Origin: Vicugna vicugna
Lineage: Eukaryota
Direction of reading: 5' to 3'
DNA: 64,000 nucleotides
Assembly: GCA_013265495.1 (NCBI GenBank)
Contig: MU058206.1
Coordinates: forward strand, 560,001 to 624,000
Shown here piece by piece: positions 1-36,385 of this stretch. The notes below the pieces were generated by a model. That model saw only the letters and a list, made by a program, of their open reading frames with translations. It was not told the origin of the DNA and did no database searches. The translations under genes were made by a program, and so were the position numbers. Every line of letters begins with the position of its first letter. Within the stretch, counting starts at the first letter, position 1.

Positions 1-86
1 ACCTCCAAGGGGTCCTGCCCTCCCTCCCCCAACTCCACTCTCTCCAACCTCCCGACAGCATGGGTTCTTTTCCAAGTGCTCTTAAT

Positions 87-163
87 ACACACATGCACAC
101 ACACACACGCACACACACACACACACGCACATGCACACGCGCACGCGCACTCACACACACACC
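87..163. repeat. Imperfect (CA)n microsatellite in SGCA intron 1
   Basis: CA/CG/TG alternating tract. Confidence 0.9.
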
Positions 164-463
164 CCTCTCAGCCAGACATCAGTCCCTTCCCACTGTGACC
201 CCCGATTGAGGGCCTAACATGAGGAGTGAAGGGGCTTCCATGAATCAAAACCAAACCAAAGTCTGGGTCTTGTCACTGATTAAAGTGTGTGGCACAGCCA
301 GGACCCCACCGCATCCTTGCTGGGATCCAGCAAAGCCATCTGCCTCCTCGCTCACATTTCTCCTGTCCCTCGGGGACGCCAGGGGCTGGGTAGACAAGGC
401 GAGCTCATTCCCTGGCCAGGACTGAGGTTGGTTTGTACGTCTGGGGCTCATGAGTTTCCACAG

Positions 464-9165
<8,702 letters not shown>

Positions 9166-9432
9166 GGGGCCTGCACAGGTGGGTCCGCAGGGAGATGTCA
9201 GCCTCATTTCTGGGAATAAGGTGGCCTCCATCTCAAGGCTGGGGCAGGTAGGGGGATGGGAAGAGATACACAGATCTGTCTGCCCCTCCGACGCAGCAGT
9301 GGATGGGGGCTCAGCTGTGCCAGGGCTATGCCCCCCAGTGCCAAGCACTCGGAGCCAGAGGGTCAGGGTGGGGAAGGCAGGAGAGTGGGGCCTGGTCCAC
9401 ATGGCCCCACTCTCTTCTGTTTGCTGTTTCAG

Positions 9433-9630
9433 TTCAGCCCTGGCCTCATCCTCCCTTCTCGCCCCATTCACAAGAGCAGCCACGACCCACGGCCGCATCC
9501 CCCCTCCAGATTCTGGCTCCTGACCCCATGTACTCCAGGCTTGGAATAAATGGAGAGATGAGGATTGGGTGGGGTGAGGGTGTCTGGGGTCAGGACCCCA
9601 GAATAAATACCTGTCACTCTGTTCATCTGT
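9433..9630 (+). other. SGCA: SGCA non-coding last exon (3'UTR) with poly(A) signals
   Basis: Exon 9 runs to a donor at 9178/9179 (cag|gtgggt). Pyrimidine tract + AG at 9431-9432. AATAAA at 9545-9550 and 9602-9607. Boundaries approximate. Confidence 0.7.
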
Positions 9631-9854
9631 TGCTGCCTGCACCTTCCTCTCAGCAGCATCCTTCCCAGCCTTCGTGCCTCTGTGTCTCTTTCCACCTTGT
9701 GGGGGCCCTCAGAGGCAGCCAGGGGTGACCAGCTTGCCTTTTGGACTCTTGATATTTTGCTGTTTCTCAAATTCTCTGAAAGTAAGAGGGAAAGACCTGC
9801 ATAGGCAACCTTGATTTTAATCCTCACATGAACCGACCAGCCTCTGCTAATTGG

Positions 9855-9960
9855 ATCATTCCCCATTTTATAGACAAAGACACTGAGGCCAAGAGAGAAA
9901 AAGTGACTTACCCAAGGTCACAGAGCAAGCAAGCAGCAGAGCTTGGATTCGAACCTGGCA
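9855..9960 (-). mobile_element. MIR SINE fragment
   Basis: CCCCATTTTATAGACAAAGACACTGAGGCC..AAGTGACTTACCCAAGGTCACAGAGC..GGATTCGAACC. Confidence 0.75.
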
Positions 9961-10689
9961 CCTCCACCTCCACACTGCCTTCTGGAGGGCTGAGGGGTTC
10001 TGGAAGCAGGAGATCCAGGCTCCAGATCCCCTGGAGGGGGAGTCCCTTTGTAAGCCGTGTAGGGTGATATGGAGACAGGGTTGGTATTCAGGACTCCGAA
10101 TGTCCAAGCTTGGTGGACTCCTCATGGACAGGGCCAAGGTCTACAGGACACTGCACAGCCTGCAATCCTTGTTGAGCTTAATGTCACCGGCTTAGCTTGG
10201 CCCCGTGTGAGCCCTGGAGAGCTCGGCTGGCCAGGAAGCAGCCACGGCTTGTTTTCCCCAGGTGGCCACCACCAGCACAGGCTGGCTCTGCCCCTCCGCC
10301 AAGGCCACACTCAGTCTCGATGCTGATGCTCCCTTGGGAGGACAGCCCAGAGACTAAGCCCCAGGGGGGCCGTAGTTAAGGAGGGGGCTTCTCAATCCCT
10401 TTCTGACTCCTCACACTAGGCCTGGACCCTCCCCACTGACCTGGAGCTGACGCTCAATTATCCCTTCTCCCCATGGTGGGGGTGGGGGTGCGGGTGGGGG
10501 CATGGACCAGAGTTTTCCCTCACCTGGAGGCAAAGGCCCAGCCTTGGGGCTGAGGGGAGGCCAAAGGGGCCGGAGCAGCCCCCAGTCTAATGGTGGTGTC
10601 CCCAGGGCCAAGGACCCTGAGGAGGGCTGAGTTTCTGAATATGGCACCCCATTGTTCAGAAATGTATAGGCGAGGAGTCATGAGGGCCC

Positions 10690-11355
10690 CAGGTTGTCCC
10701 TGGACCTCCTCCTCTTTGTCTCACTTTCCAGAATCCTTACCTTTGTACTGAATCCATCCACTTCTCATGGCCTCCACAATGACCTTCCCAGGCCAGCACC
10801 AGGATCTTGCTCCCGGACCTGCACAACAGCCTCCCTGTGGCCTCCCTGCCTCCTCCCTGCTCCTTCAGTCTGGCCTCCAGCAGCAGTCAGGCCCATCCTT
10901 TAAAAGGAACAGTCAGGGAGTCTCGCCTCTCTGCCCTCAACCCTCCAGCGCTTTCCCTTGACACCGAGTGAAGCCACACTCTCGGTACAGACCCGGTTCA
11001 TCCCTCTGACCTCATCCCCTCCTTACCTCCACTTGCCTGCTCCAGCCGCACCACCTGTTAACACACCCTTGTTGCAGGGCCTTTGCTCCTGTTGTTCCCT
11101 CTGCTGGGAACCCCAGGCCCCTCCATGTCCACACGACTCCCCAGTGAGTGCAGTGCAGACCCAAACGGCAGGTCCTCAGAGAGCCCCCTCCGGCCTGGCC
11201 TCCAGGGCACCCCGCACAGCCTCCTTGCTCTCTGAGGACGTGCTTTGTATGGGTGCCTCCTTGGGGTCAGCCTCAGCTCGGGAATGTAAGCTCCAAGGGG
11301 GCAGGATTCTGCGTGCCCCCAGGGGGCGCAGTGCCTGCGTGTGGTAGGCGCTCAG
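10690..11355 (+). mobile_element. L2 LINE 3' fragment
   Basis: CAACAGCCTCCCTGTGGCCTCCCTGCCTCC, CAGGGCCTTTGCTCCTGTTGTTCCCTCTGCTGGGAAC and the L2 tail GAATGTAAGCTCC...GGCAGG...GTAGGCGCTCAG. Confidence 0.75.
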
Positions 11356-12764
11356 GAAGGAGAGGCCAACGGGGCTGGGCTGCTCAGAGCCCTTAAGGAA
11401 CTTGACCTCCTCTCTGGGCAAAACGGGTGAGCAAGGCCATTGCTAAAGCTTCCACTATCATCTTCTGGGTCCCCTCCACCCCCAATGGCCACTCTCCACC
11501 CGCTAGTCCGTTAGTTAATCCCAGAGCATCCGTGGAGGAAGGAGGAGGCTCCGCCAAGCAGTGCATGTGCTCAATAAACGTTTGTTGACTGAAGGGCTCT
11601 TTAGGTAACCACCCCTTACCACACGGGCTCTCTGACAGGAGAGTGCCTCTGACCTCCCATTCGCAATTTCCTCCTTTCCCGGGGGCCCCTCGTCTGGCCG
11701 AAACCAGGACCTGCACCGAGTCTGCTCCGATTGGAGGCTCCGTGCAGTCAGCCCGCTGTCTGGGGTGGCTCCTGTTTGATCCTTGCCCTTGTGAAGCGGG
11801 GGCTCCCCTCTCCCTGTCTCGTGCTCCCACCTTGGACCTCTGTGCTCTTCCCATGCCGGCCAAAGATGGGAAAGTCTGAGGCCAGCCCCACTTTGGACTT
11901 TGCCTTGGGATATTGGCAGCACCTCCCTCCCAGCTCAGCTACAGGAGCACACGGGAGCCTGGCTGCCGGCCGGGGAGGAAGTGGCCCAGACAAGGAGCTG
12001 GGAGGATGGCGTGACTGCGGAGGACAGAGGGCTGTGCCCGGGCACAGACACCCACCCCACTGTGCCTGGCAGCACGTGGGGACGGCGTGGACACACTCAG
12101 CTCCCCGTCTACTCCCCAAGGGGCAGGATTCCACCTGGCAGCCACACCCCAGCCCCTCACAACCAAGAACAAATAGCAGCTGTCCCCTCCATCCTGAGAT
12201 TTGACCTCACTTCTCTGTCCCCTCCAAGTGCCACAACCACACTGCCCACATGACCCCGTGTGTCCACCTGCATCCCAGACCCAGCCCTCATGCGTGGCCT
12301 GACTCTAGACATTTTCTCACCACCTCAAGTTGGTGAGGAGGCCCTCTGCCAGAAGTGGGGACACAGGGCACCCCTACAGCTAGCTTCAGCCCCCCGTGGA
12401 CTCTTCTCCTTTATTCTTGAGACACGTGTACACACGTTTCACAGAGAGCTCCTTTGATGTATCTGTTGGGATTTGGAATCATAGTGAGCAGGGCTCCGAT
12501 CATGGCTCTGACAGTTTACTCGTAGACATTAATTATAACTGTCTTGGGGCTTTTGTGAGAATTTGAGAGGACCAGGAGAGCGCCTGGCAACTGGCAGCTC
12601 ACAAGAATGGAGACTTTATTACATACAAGCACTCCCATGGTCACCCCAAAACCAGAGGTTCATGGGGTTTCCCTGTCCCCTAAGACTGCAATTAAATGAG
12701 CTCAGTTTCCATTCTGCAAGTGGAGGCTGAAATTCACCTGGTCCTCGGCTCTGATCTGCTGCTC

Positions 12765-13009
12765 CATCCTGCTCTATCGGGTACAGCAGATACTGGCCTC
12801 CTGTGGCTGCTGAGCACTTGACATGTAGGTTCCAAATTGAGATGTGCTGCAAATGTAGTGATGAAATGATAATAGTTGGGGATATTGGAGTCAGTAAAAA
12901 TATCTTATTAAAATTAATATCTCCTGTTTCTTTTAATTTTTTAATATTGCTGCTAGAAAATGAAAACTTACATATGTGGCTCACAATATATTTTTCTTGA
13001 GCAGTGCTG
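12765..13009 (-). mobile_element. MER33-like hAT-Charlie non-autonomous DNA transposon (internally deleted)
   Basis: GTGGCTGCTGAGCACTTGACATGT, CCAAATTGAGATGTGCTG, AAAATTAATATCTCCTGTTTC, CATATGTGGCTCAC and a terminal CAGTGCTG resemble the MER33 consensus. Confidence 0.75.
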
Positions 13010-13685
13010 GTTTCATTTTCCTTCCTCTGTCTCCACTGCAGATTGATCTAAACCCAGAACTCAGCCCCCTTCCAGAACACCCGCTCACACCAGGCCTCTG
13101 CATGTGTCAGAGTTTTCCGAAGACCTGAGGAACGAGAAGGGTTTGCCTCACAGCAGTGAAGTCATCTCACACTTGAATATGTGATCTCCTTGTTCTAAAA
13201 TGTGCTTTGGTCCCCACCCCACCCCATCTTCCTTTTCCTCCACTGTTTTATGCAGAGAAAATCCCGCTCTCTCCAGCACCCAAGTGCACAAACTCACCTT
13301 CCTCCCAGCCTTGCCATGTGCATCTTCTGCAAAGCGTTGGACTCTCTGTGTATGTAAGGGCCTGATTACCCTCCGAAACAAGGGCCATCCTTCTTCCCGG
13401 GTCTTGTCTCCTGGTCCGTGGACATTTCTCAGACCAGGAAATGGATGCAGCGACAGAGCTGCTCAGCATCACTGGGGTCCCAGCAGCCCTGGACTTCAGG
13501 ATGGTGGCCTCCTCCAGCACGCAGCTCTTCCTCCTTTCCCCTCACTCCTCCCTGCTCTATCTGTCCCTTCATCCTCATCACACAGACACTCTGGTGCCCT
13601 CTGTCCTGCCTACATGCACATACGGCCCAAATGCATAGACACACGCATTCTCACAGCTCAGAGAGCATCTCTCCGGCTGCGGGGA

Positions 13686-13709
13686 GTGTGTGTGTGTGTG
13701 TGTGTGTGT
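13686..13709. repeat. (GT)~12 microsatellite
   Basis: Direct inspection. Confidence 0.9.
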
Positions 13710-14627
13710 AAGCTGTCTCTATGTGCAAGATCCTGCTCACCCTAAACACCCACTCGTGTGCAGGGCCCCTCTGAACACAGACGTGTTTGCTCCTGGGTGG
13801 GTGCGTAGTCACAGGACGACTGAGGCGGACCCACCTCACTCACCACACAGCCTCCCACACTCGTGGCCTTGTCTCTGAGAGCCCCATGTTCTCACACGCC
13901 CCCACTCAGCCCCGCCTGGCCCTGCATGCCCCCCCGCCTGAGGCTCCCTCACTCCAGCTAGAAACTCCTCTCAACCTCACCCAGCTCTGTCTAGAGGGCT
14001 TGGAGGCACCTGGGAAGTTGAGGGTTAAGAAGCTGGAAAAAAAAAGAGAGAGAAAAGCCACCATATTTCGGTTCTAGAAAATCCTACCAGGAGGTGGGCA
14101 ACTGCCACAAGAGACCCAGGCTTCTGAGAAAGCAGCAAAAGTAAAAAAACAATTCCAAATGAAGTCTCCTCCTTTTCTACAATTATCCATCTGGATTTGA
14201 CTGAAAAATCAGCTACAAGGACGTGGCCCGTCCTCTCAGAGAGAAGGCAACAATGAGCCAGCAGAGCAGGGTGGGGAGGCCGCGCGGCGCCTCCGGGCGG
14301 GCAGCGGGTCTGGGGGAGCGGGCGTGGGCAGCTGTATTTAGGGCAGCAGTGATGTCAGGGGAGAGGAGGGCTTCAGTGGGGAGTGTGATACAATGGTCCC
14401 TTTGTCCCCCTCCCCTCCTGTCCGGCGTACACACTGGAACCACAATCTGGCCCCACATCATGTGACACTGGGAGGGCCGCACAGTGGGGCTCTGCCACCA
14501 CTCCTGCCCTGACGTGCGTCGTCCCCTCGTGTGCCCTCACACGTGTGTGTGCACACACTGCCTGCACATGCGCGTGCCCACCAGTAGATTTGCACACATG
14601 TAGTGTGCGGCGTAGTCACTGCTTTAG

Positions 14628-14930
14628 CTAGAGCTGTGCTGCCCAGCACCTTCGCCAATAGCTACGTGTAGCTAATAAGATAAATTACAATAAAATTTAA
14701 AATTTAGGGAAATGGGTATAGCTCCCCTAGGTAGAGGGCATGCTTAGCATGCACAAGGTCCTGGGTTCAATCCCTAGTACCTCCGTTTAAAAAAAAGAAA
14801 TTAAAAAAAGTTTTAAATTGAGTCCTTCAGTGGCACTATTCACATGTCAGGCGCTCAATAGCCACCTGTGGCTAGTGGCGACCATACCGGATGGCACAGG
14901 TAGAGAACGCTTTTATCACTGCAGCAAGCA
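14628..14930 (-). mobile_element. MER3-like hAT-Charlie MITE, split by the SINE at 14706-14810
   Basis: GCTCAATAGCCACCTGTGGCTAGTGGC and CACAGGTAGAGAAC...TTATCACTGCAG resemble MER3. Confidence 0.72.
14706..14810 (+). mobile_element. tRNA-derived SINE (Vic-1-like, camelid) inserted into a MER3
   Basis: A-box-like TATAGCTC..GGTAGAG, TTAGCATGCAC, B box GGTTCAATCCC, A-rich tail, imperfect AT-rich flanking duplication. Confidence 0.85.
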
Positions 14931-16755
14931 CAGGCCCAGAACCTTCCACCACTGTCTGCTCCCACGCGGGGGCTAGTCTACACTTACTCGTCCTCTCACA
15001 CTTGCCCACACCTTTTCACATCAATGCTCACACCTCCACACTCTCACCTAGAGGGGCCACCTCTCTACCTCACGTCCTGTTTAGTCCCCCCTGTATCTTC
15101 GCCCGAACCCTGCGCCCAGCCCTGCATCACAGCACCTGGCCTCTGACCTCAGCCGGCTCCGCTCAGCCTGGAGAGAATAACACAGGGTGAAAACACGTCA
15201 GCCTAACAGTGGCAACGAGGTCTGGTCTTAATGCCAAGGTGAATTTCGCAGATGTGGATGGCTTTGGAAACTCCAAGGCGAACTCAGCCCGGGGTTAGGC
15301 AGGAGAATGAAGGCACAATGAGACGTGTGAAACATAAAGGAAGGCCTGGAAGTTGAGTAGGGTGGTGCATCACGGGGAATTTTGTTCACCCTTTTTGGCT
15401 GGTATGACAGGTGTGGGCAGGGGAGGAGACAGTGACTGTGAACAGGTGGGTAGTGGCCAGGTAAAGCCTTGAATGTTAGGCTGGGGGTGTCTCTGGATCC
15501 CCCACGGGGGCAGATAAGGATGGGGCCAAGACAGCCAAGGGCCCCAGGGAGCAGGAGGTCCAGGTGGATGGGAGGTACCTAGGCTGGTGTCAGGCAGGCA
15601 TCACCCATCAATCAATAGACTGATCAGAGGCTCACCAGGCAACTTCAGGTAATGTGCATATGAATAAACTTTTGTTTACCTGCCACAATTTCTAACTCTC
15701 TCTAGGCTAATTCTATGCTGTCCTGAATGTGGTAGAAGAGTGAATGATGAATTATTCAAGGCTGTAATTAACAACCATGACAACTTAATAACAGCCACAG
15801 TACTAGTATCAAAGGTGGTGAACTCTGCGGACTCGTCCATCTCTCTGTGGACCCAAGGGTCTTTCCTGCCTTTGAGGCTTAGGCCCTGAGACCTTGGGAG
15901 AGAGGCAGGACAGCTTTTCCCTGTTTCTAGGTCTCTGGGTGCCTGGTCTGCTCTAGAGTTCTGACTCTCTGGATCCTCTGTGTCCCCCCGGACTTCACAC
16001 TGCTGTCCTCCTTCCCTGTGATTGGGGACCTGACCAGTCACCTTCCCTCTGGGCACTTCAAACTCTCAGGCCAGCAGGGAGGGACAGGCAGAGGGAGAAG
16101 GAAAGGGAGTGGAGAGAGAAGGAGGAAGAGGAAGCCAGAGGTTTTTAAAAGGAGAAGAAAGGGGCAGGAGGCAAGGGCTGGGCAAAATGACATCCCCAGG
16201 CCATTCCAAACCCTGGGATCTTATGTTTTGGGGACCTAGAAGGCCAAGGGGGACCTGAGGGGTCAGGGCCTATTGCTTTCGTGGTGGCACCAGGTACACG
16301 CCTGGACAGCAGCTCTCCAAGGTCCTGGGGAGGCTCTGCTGAGGGTCAGTGGTTTCCTCTCTCCTTCCCTGGGGAGCCCAGGAGAAGGAGAGGAGGCATT
16401 TCCCCCTCCAGGTCTCCTCCGGCTCTCAGGGCAGGCTCGGTACAGCCTCCTTGTGCTGCACCGCTGGCTGCTCCCTTGGAGGAACTCAGAGAGGGCGGGC
16501 GAGAAGGGAGATGAGGACAGATGACCCTCCGAGTTTCCCCAGGGAGAGGCCTTTCTGGCCGGGAGCGAGGCCCTAGGTACTCCTCGCTGTCCCTCCTCCT
16601 TCGCCCAGCCACGGGCCTCCCAGTGCCCCTGGGGCAGTGCCATCCACAGCCCTCCAACCTTGCGGGGTGCTTACAGCAGAGGAGGGGGCAGTAAGCGTTG
16701 ATCGCATTGACAGGCTTGGGCATGAGGCTTGGGCAGCTCAGAATCTGAAGGGAGG

Positions 16756-16820
16756 CGTGTGTGTGTGTGCATATGTGTGCGAGTGTGCATGTGTGTGCAC
16801 GTGCATGTGCGTGTGTGTGC
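16756..16820. repeat. Imperfect (GT)n alternating purine-pyrimidine tract just downstream of COL1A1
   Basis: GTGTGTGTGTGTGCATATGTGTGCGAGTGTGCATGTGTGTGCACGTGCATG. Confidence 0.85.
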
Positions 16821-17079
16821 TGCACAAGTGGGTTGCCTGTATAGCACTGTGAGGGAAAAGAGGGGGTGGGAGAAGATTGCAGGAGAGAGTAGAGAGACAG
16901 GGTTAAGGCGTGAGAAAGGCAAGAGGAAGGGGGAGGGACCATCGAGGATGCTAGATGAGGAGGAGGAGGGAAGGGGCATAAACCCAAGGAGAGACCACCA
17001 ACCACCCCAGAGCTCCCTTCCCAGGTCTCCCCTCCCCTGACTCCAAGGTAGGAAATTAGGAGGCCACTGCAGGTCTGTT

Positions 17080-34562
<17,483 letters not shown>

Positions 34563-34578
<16 letters not shown>

Positions 34579-34610
34579 GTCTAGACCCTAGACATGTAGA
34601 CTCTTTGCGG
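34563..34610 (-). promoter_or_regulatory. Collagen 5' stem-loop (LARP6-binding) spanning the start codon
   Basis: Minus strand CCGCAAAGAGTCTACATGTCTAGGGTCTAGACATGTTCAGCTTTGTGG, with complementary arms; contains the uORF ATG TCT AGG GTC TAG (34595-34581). A second uORF ATGAGCGGACGCTAA lies at 34637-34623. Confidence 0.95.
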
Positions 34611-34696
34611 CTGGGGTGGGGGTTAGCGTCCGCTCATGCGTGGCCTCACACTCCGCGTGCCTCCTGCTCCGACCCCGAGGAGAAACTCCCGTCTGC

Positions 34697-34900
34697 TCCG
34701 ACCACCGGCCCGGGCCCTTTTTATACGGTCTTGATGGAGAGCGGGGAGGAACCCTGCCCCTGGGAGAGGGGGAGCCGGCTGCCCGTCCCCCAGCCAATCA
34801 GAGCTGCCTGGCCCGGCCCCCAATTTGGGAGTCGGAATGGAGAGGGGGAGGAGGAGGGAAGGGAAGGGAGTCCACCGCACATCTCCCCCCTTCACAGCAG
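34697..34900 (-). promoter_or_regulatory. COL1A1 proximal promoter
   Basis: TATAAAA (minus) at 34719-34725, about 25 bp upstream of the expected TSS (~34697, AGCAGACGGGAG). Inverted CCAAT boxes at 34794-34798 and 34820-34824. Purine/pyrimidine tract at ~34838-34870. Confidence 0.92.
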
Positions 34901-36289
34901 CTCAGCCTCCCCAGCCCCCCAGCCCAGCCTGGGCCAGAGATGCTGCCGCTAGGGTGCGGCTAGGTCCTCAATGTAGTGTGGGCTAACGAGTGGGTAGGGG
35001 CATCTCTTCAGCTTTCTTCCTGGGCCCCCCAATCTGGGGAAACTGGAACTGGGGAGCTGGGTGGGTGCCTTCCAAAGATGGAAGGATTGGGGGTGACTGA
35101 GAGAGGGTCCCCTGGTCATGCCTCACTCACCCTCCTGACATCCTTGGCAAGACCTAAGGGATGGATATGAAGAGACAGGCTAGGGACCACTCTAAAGCAG
35201 GAGAACCAGAGAACTAAAAAGATACGCCTGTTTAGGGGTGTCTTCTGGTGTGGCTGGGGTATGGAACTTAGAAATATTTAAGGAACAAATTAGAGGTTCA
35301 TTTATAGAAATTAAGAATCAGATACTTGGTGATGGGTGCTGGCAAGAGGATTTTTATTTTGAAGATGTCGTATTTTTTCCTGCCAGGTCTGAGGCCCCAA
35401 GATGGACTCAAATGCTCTCCCCTAGCATGATTGAGAGATGGGGTGGGGAACCCGAGGCACTGGGTGAGAAATTTGACTACGAGTTCTTTCCAGGAGGCAG
35501 CTTTGGTGTTGAGTGATGGGGCAGCAGGCTGGTGATGGGGAATTGCTAAGACTTCCACCGGAGGGGGAGTAAGTTTGCACAAGGAAGGCTGTGCTCTTGG
35601 CGGCTTAGAAAAGGGTCTTGTGTTAGGGTCTGTTGTGGTTGTGGCTGGGTCTGGTTACAGACCCTCCTATCCAACACAGTCAAACCGGAGAGAACTCCAT
35701 CGGAGAACACTTGACCAGAGAGAGGGTGCTCCTTCTGGGAGCTGCGTAAAGCCCTGTCTCTGTCTGTACCAGGACTCAGGGTTGGGGGCTTATTGGGGAA
35801 TTTGGGTGTCTGGAGGAGATTTGCCTTGGGGGTTTGGTATGGAATTACAGGGAACAATGAGTGACCTTATTTTAGAGGATGTTTCCCTCTGCCTTAACCT
35901 CTTTCCTGAAAACCTAGGGCATTGCTATTTGTACCTGAAACCAGGAGAGAATCATCTATACCCTGAAAGGCAGTGAAGACCCTAAGAACAACAGGCTACC
36001 TTTGGAGAAGATGCCTCTAGAAGCCAGTGTCCTCTCTTCTCCAAGTCGTAGCTTCCCAACCATGCTCTACCCCCAACCCCAATCTATCCAGAGCCAGGCC
36101 CTGCCAAAATCTGTGGGCCCAAAGGAAGGCAGTGAGGGTCCCTTTGCAGCGCCCCATCAACTCCAGTCCCTCCTGCACAGCTCCCCCACCCCCATCACTT
36201 CAGAGCTGCAAACGTGGAAGCGGGGAGTCCCGCCTCCCCCAAACCATCCAAGATTCCATTGCCTCCCCCCCGCCCCTCTCCAATGGGAG

Positions 36290-36385
36290 GGAGCCACGTC
36301 GGCTGGCCGGCTGGCCGTGGGCAGCCAGGATGAGTGGTGCGGGTGGGGCAGCAGAGGGAGACTGCAGGGGCTATAATTAAAGGGA
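36290..36385 (-). promoter_or_regulatory. COL1A1 -1.6/-1.7 kb osteoblast/TGF-beta responsive element
   Basis: Minus strand TTTAATTATAGCC homeodomain motif at ~36369-36381 (~1.68 kb upstream of the TSS) and TGCCCACGGCCAG at 36311-36323. Sequence and spacing match elements I recall from rodent Col1a1. Confidence 0.75.
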
